Positions 36,196-40,323 of a stretch of 40,323 nucleotides of DNA are shown here, piece after piece; the first letter of the stretch is position 1; each line of letters begins with the position of its first letter. Both the position numbers and the translations under genes were made by a program. The notes below the pieces were generated by a model. The model was not told the DNA's origin. It did not search any database and saw nothing but the letters and a program-made list of their open reading frames with translations. The stretch comes from a virus (taxonomy: Duplodnaviria; Caudoviricetes), in the IMG/VR virus record IMGVR_UViG_3300042486_000183, positions 1 through 40,323 of that record; one strand, given 5' to 3'.

Positions 36196-37266
36196 ATGGC
36201 AGAGCCAATTAACCTAGACGATTTATTGTCTAAAGACGAACCAATTGAGACAACAGAAGAAACTACAGAGACTTCCGAAGAAACTAGTAGCGCAGATGAT
36301 GCTACTGAAGTTGAAGGAGTTGATGTTTCTAATGAAGATAATGAGCCTCAAAATGTTGAGGATTCAGTAGAAAATACTTCGCAAGAGGAAAGTACCGAAG
36401 GATACGCAGAAGAAACTGTAGTTCAAGAACCTGATACGACTCAGGATGACACAGAATCTGTTCCAGAAGAACAACCAAAAGCGCAGTATCAGTTTAAAGA
36501 CCCGTTCATTGAGAAAGCTGTGCAGTACTACGAGACGTATGGTACACTACAGCCCTTCTTAAGAGCAACCGAAGTCGATTACACAGAGATGACTGACCTA
36601 GAGGTGCTTAAAGTTAAGTTCGACACAGAGAACTCTGACTTAAGTCCTAAAGCAAGACAGAAACTGTTTGACAAGGAGCTAGAAAAATACGGGTTAGATT
36701 CTTATGATGAGGAAGACAAGGAAGTCGGAGAAGCTTTGTTAAAGCGAGATGCACAAAAGCTAAGAAAGACTTTTATTGAGGAGCAACAACAGTTCCTAAA
36801 CAATGTTCAATCACCACAAGCATCAACAGGTCCTTCGCAAGAAGAGCTTGCTGCTCAACAAGAACAGAGCAGAAAAATTATCAGTGAAGGAGTATCAAGT
36901 GTAATTAAAGACAACATTATTAAAGTTGGAGCTAACGGAGAAGGTATTAATTACCAGATTCAAAATCCAAACGATGTAGTTGATTATGCACTAGACTCAA
37001 ACAAGTTTCTTTCCATCTTTGCAAAAGACGGAAGTGTTGATTGGGATAAGTGGACAAAAACAGTTGCATTCGCACAGAATCCAACTCAATTTATAAGCGA
37101 ATTAATTAAACACGGAAAGTCTTTAGGACGCAAGGCGATGGAGTCTGAACTAAAGAATGTTGTACCTCCGACGATTAACAAGACGGTTGTTGAGTCTAAC
37201 AGTATTGAAAGACCATCAGATGACCCAATTGGATTCTTACAAGGTATGACTATTACTAAAAAATAG
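36196..37266 (+). CDS. Capsid scaffold/assembly protein
   Basis: Very acidic disordered N-terminus; lies between portal and MCP. Confidence 0.7.
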   Translation: MAEPINLDDLLSKDEPIETTEETTETSEETSSADDATEVEGVDVSNEDNEPQNVEDSVENTSQEESTEGYAEETVVQEPDTTQDDTESVPEEQPKAQYQFKDPFIEKAVQYYETYGTLQPFLRATEVDYTEMTDLEVLKVKFDTENSDLSPKARQKLFDKELEKYGLDSYDEEDKEVGEALLKRDAQKLRKTFIEEQQQFLNNVQSPQASTGPSQEELAAQQEQSRKIISEGVSSVIKDNIIKVGANGEGINYQIQNPNDVVDYALDSNKFLSIFAKDGSVDWDKWTKTVAFAQNPTQFISELIKHGKSLGRKAMESELKNVVPPTINKTVVESNSIERPSDDPIGFLQGMTITKK

Positions 37267-37292
37267 TGTTTAACAATTAAATTATTTAAAAC

Positions 37293-38624
37293 ATGGCTAT
37301 CGCAGCAGGTAACATCGACAGAACATTCTTGTCGACTGTTTCATTCACAAACACGTTAGAGCAACGTGAAATTTTAAAGGACGTACTTGACATCTATGAT
37401 GAAGAGGCGTCTATGTTGGACGTATTAGATTGGACAGGTAAGTCAAAGGCTTCTGCTCAAACTGAATACTTCACAGTACAAAACAACTTCTTGTATGCTA
37501 CTGCTACAGTTAAAACTCCAGGTACATCTGCGGGTTCAGCTGGTGCTGCTGTAGATATCACTTGCGTTGGCGCAACTTCTGTTAAGCCATTAGTAGGTGA
37601 ATTGATTTTGTTCGCTAACGGTATCGTTGGTTATGTATCAGCTATTTCTTCTGCTACAGACTTCGTTCTTACTGTTAAGCCAGTTAACTCTGCAGATGCA
37701 ATTCCTGCTGCTACAACTGGTTCTAAGTTATCATTTATGTCTAACGCATACGCGGAAGGAACTGGTTCTAACCAAATGCGTAAGTCTGACTTGATTAAGC
37801 GTTCTAACAAGTTACAGATTTTCAAAACTAAAACTTCTATCACAGATATCGCTTACGGTTCTAAGATTGAGGTTGAGTTTAAAGGAAAACCTTACTACTT
37901 CTTAAAGCAACAGCACGATGCATATTTGAAGCACCGTATGGATATCCTTTATGCAGTATTGTTCGGTCGTGAGTCTGCAGGTTTAACTGATGCTGCTGGT
38001 AACGCTATCAATACAACTCGTGGTTTACGCGATACTATTGTTAATGCAGGTGGTATTTCTTCTTCTACAGGAACTTCAAACACAGTTGGATTAGCTGACT
38101 TATCTGCATTATCTCGTTTGATGGATGCTAACCGTTGCCCTTCTGAGTACTTATTATGGGCTGGAGCTGATTTCGATAACGCTTTTGATACAACTATCAC
38201 AGCTGCGACTCAGTTCATCAACGGAGGTATTAACTATGCTTCATTCGGTGGTAAGAAAGATGTTGCTTTAGCTTTAGGTGTTAACTCTATCGCTGCTTAC
38301 GGACGTACTTTCCACAAGAAGCGTCTTAACGCTTTATCTCACCCACAAATCACTTCAGTAGGTGGTGCTACAGTATTCTCTAAAGAGGCTTACTTAGTTC
38401 CTGCTGGAAAGATTAAGGTTGAGCAAGGTGGTGGTCAAGTAGACCGTATGATGATGCGTTACTTAGAGATGCCAGATGGCGTTAACAGTCGTTTTAGAGA
38501 AAAAATGCTTGGGGGACTTGCCCCAACTCCGACATCTGATACAGACACGTTGGACATTGTTTATAGCTCAATCGAGGGACTAGAAACAGTTGGTAATGAG
38601 CACTTTGTGAAATATTCAGTATAA
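37293..38624 (+). CDS. Major capsid protein
   Basis: 443 aa after the scaffold; NAYAEGTG...N.LQIFK, TRGL motifs; biased codon usage by eye; followed by a terminator. Confidence 0.85.
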   Translation: MAIAAGNIDRTFLSTVSFTNTLEQREILKDVLDIYDEEASMLDVLDWTGKSKASAQTEYFTVQNNFLYATATVKTPGTSAGSAGAAVDITCVGATSVKPLVGELILFANGIVGYVSAISSATDFVLTVKPVNSADAIPAATTGSKLSFMSNAYAEGTGSNQMRKSDLIKRSNKLQIFKTKTSITDIAYGSKIEVEFKGKPYYFLKQQHDAYLKHRMDILYAVLFGRESAGLTDAAGNAINTTRGLRDTIVNAGGISSSTGTSNTVGLADLSALSRLMDANRCPSEYLLWAGADFDNAFDTTITAATQFINGGINYASFGGKKDVALALGVNSIAAYGRTFHKKRLNALSHPQITSVGGATVFSKEAYLVPAGKIKVEQGGGQVDRMMMRYLEMPDGVNSRFREKMLGGLAPTPTSDTDTLDIVYSSIEGLETVGNEHFVKYSV

Positions 38625-38648
38625 TTTTGCTTAATGTTTGTCTTAAAA

Positions 38649-38674
38649 GGGAGGAAGAAATTCTTCCCTTTTTT
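38649..38674 (+). terminator. Intrinsic terminator after MCP
   Basis: GGGAGGAA-GAAA-TTCTTCCC-T6. Confidence 0.85.
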
Positions 38675-38685
38675 GTTTTAAATAA

Positions 38686-38717
38686 TTTGCAACTATAAAC
38701 TTTTCTCTCTACCTTTG
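38686..38717 (+). promoter_or_regulatory. Bacteroidota sigma70-type promoter of the HNH gene
   Basis: TTTG-N20-TACCTTTG. Confidence 0.75.
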
Positions 38718-38739
38718 TTTTGTACCAAACAATAAGGAG

Positions 38740-39486
38740 ATGAATAAAGTATGCACAATTTGTAAACAAGAAAAAATTCTTGAAGATTTTACATTTGAAA
38801 AAGGAAACAAAAAAGACGGACGCCGAGCATCCTGCAAAGAATGTTGTCGGAAGAAAAATGCTGAATACATAAAAGCTAATCCTGGCAAGAAACTTGAGTC
38901 AGATAAAAAATCTTACGAAAAATTAAAAGAAAAAAAGTTAGCTCAAAAAAAAGAATACTACCTTAAGAAACGAGAGGAGATTTTATTGAAGCGCAAAGAA
39001 TATGCAGAAAACAATAAAGAAAAAATATCCATAAAAAACAAAGAATACAGAGAGGCAAACTTGGAGCGATTAAAAAAGCATAACAGAGAATACCAAAGAA
39101 AATATGCAAAATTGCTATCATCTAAAAGGAAGCAATTAGTGAATTCAACCCCATTGAGACAATTTAAGGAGCGCATTCGTTTACTAACAAAGGGAGCCTT
39201 TTATAGGCTAAAGCAAGATAAAAGATTTAATACACATACCATCTTAGGAGCAGATTGGGAAGTCGTAAAAGAGCACTTCATTTCTCAATTTAAAGACGGT
39301 ATGACTTGGGAAGCATTTGTTGCAGGTGAAATACACGTCGACCATATTCAGCCACTGGCATCTGCTAAAACAGAAGAGGAGCTAATGGCACTTTGTCATT
39401 ACACCAACCTGCAACCTTTATGGTGCTTGGATAATTTATCCAAAGGAGCTACCTTTGAAGGAGTAAATTATAAAACCAAACAATAA
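38740..39486 (+). CDS. Free-standing HNH endonuclease
   Basis: CTIC...CKEC, basic helical repeats, IHVDHIQPL...HYTNLQPLW..DNLSK. Confidence 0.9.
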   Translation: MNKVCTICKQEKILEDFTFEKGNKKDGRRASCKECCRKKNAEYIKANPGKKLESDKKSYEKLKEKKLAQKKEYYLKKREEILLKRKEYAENNKEKISIKNKEYREANLERLKKHNREYQRKYAKLLSSKRKQLVNSTPLRQFKERIRLLTKGAFYRLKQDKRFNTHTILGADWEVVKEHFISQFKDGMTWEAFVAGEIHVDHIQPLASAKTEEELMALCHYTNLQPLWCLDNLSKGATFEGVNYKTKQ

Positions 39487-39490
39487 TAAA

Positions 39491-40309
39491 ATGAAAGCAT
39501 CCGATTTTAATCTTCTATCAGAGAAGATGATTAGAAAGCTCAAGCCAGACGAGAGAGCTATTTACAGAGTACTTAATGTTCGCCCTGACCCTGATAATGC
39601 AGGAAAATTCTTAATGCCATCTGCATTACAGATTCGTGCAACTGACACTATTTTAGACAAAGGTACAGGAGAGTTTGTTAATATTGCAGCCATTGAGCGT
39701 ACAGACTTAGAGGGTAATGCGATATTTATTAATATTATTTTTAATGCATCGAATATGGGTTACTTATTTTTAAATGGTAATAACCCGTTGCATCAGAAAA
39801 TCTATCAGTATGTAGAGTTATGTAATTATAACGAATCAAACCCTGATAGAAATGCTAATGACTACGAAGCATTATTTTCTCGCATTGATGCACAGAAAGA
39901 AGCTAAGACTGAAAGAAACTTGCGTAAATTAATCGTAAAAGCAGTTAACTTAGCGTTAGATTTAGATGACACTAAAGCAAGAGAGGTTGCTTTGGCGCTT
40001 GGTATTGACGCTGAAAGTAATGATGAATTGCGTAATGAGTTAGAGGATTATGCTGGAGATTATCCAGAAGAGTTCTTAGAAGTTGTTGAAAGAGCTTCTT
40101 TAGTGAATGAGACTGCGTTAAAGGACGCTGTTAAGAAGAACATTATTAAGAATGATGTGAACGCATCATGCTTTAAATGGGTTGAAACAGGAAAGGTAAT
40201 CTTTACTTACGTTAAAGGTAAGGACAAGAATTACTTTAAGGAATTAGCCGACCATTTATTAGAAACAAATCCAGATGAGCTAGAAGCCATCAAGAGCCGT
40301 GTAGGCTAA
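39491..40309 (+). CDS. Conserved post-capsid (probable virion) protein, 272 aa
   Basis: Long ORF in the slot occupied by the conserved MCP-downstream gene in crAss-like layouts; positional call. Confidence 0.55.
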   Translation: MKASDFNLLSEKMIRKLKPDERAIYRVLNVRPDPDNAGKFLMPSALQIRATDTILDKGTGEFVNIAAIERTDLEGNAIFINIIFNASNMGYLFLNGNNPLHQKIYQYVELCNYNESNPDRNANDYEALFSRIDAQKEAKTERNLRKLIVKAVNLALDLDDTKAREVALALGIDAESNDELRNELEDYAGDYPEEFLEVVERASLVNETALKDAVKKNIIKNDVNASCFKWVETGKVIFTYVKGKDKNYFKELADHLLETNPDELEAIKSRVG

Positions 40310-40323
40310 ATCCGATTACAGGA

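Noticed and set aside
377-38769. Antisense or nested short ORFs in the track (e.g. 4254..4655, 5127..5501, 14098..14385, 37949..38200)
   Set aside because: Shadow ORFs of well-supported genes with no independent signal.
1-40323. Stop-codon reassignment as in some crAss-like phages
   Set aside because: Long genes are intact in the standard code, and TAG/TGA end genes at sensible boundaries (e.g. portal, GroES-like).

Overview
AT-rich ~40 kb fragment of a tailed dsDNA phage. The host is very probably Bacteroidota: there are several TTG-N19-21-TAnnTTTG promoters, and start codons have A-rich contexts without Shine-Dalgarno sites. Three blocks are visible. (1) + strand 1-12633: a 5'-truncated probable internal virion protein, a 3128-aa polyvalent protein (zincin-type HExxH, ADP-ribosyltransferase-like module, LPD38-like C-terminus), small basic proteins and HNH-type genes. 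(2) - strand 29318-12634: early/middle genes, including ArdC-like, an HTH replication initiator with iterons, DnaB helicase, PD-(D/E)XK nucleases, MazG-like, SSB-like, XRE HTH, RusA-like and many small ORFs. (3) + strand 30372-40309: tandem GroES-like, putative TerS, TerL, portal, scaffold, major capsid, HNH and a post-capsid gene, in a crAss-like order. No integrase, DNA polymerase, lysin or canonical tRNA was recognised. The most unusual signals are non-coding: (a) a small hairpin/pseudoknot element repeated 7-12 nt upstream of four consecutive early start codons; (b) three tRNA-like acceptor-stem plus T-arm elements; (c) a second, intergenic, inverted copy of the initiator's iteron array in front of the packaging genes; (d) an attenuator-like leader on the replication operon. 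All protein calls are from manual motif recognition and all RNA folds are by eye; no searches or folding programs were run.
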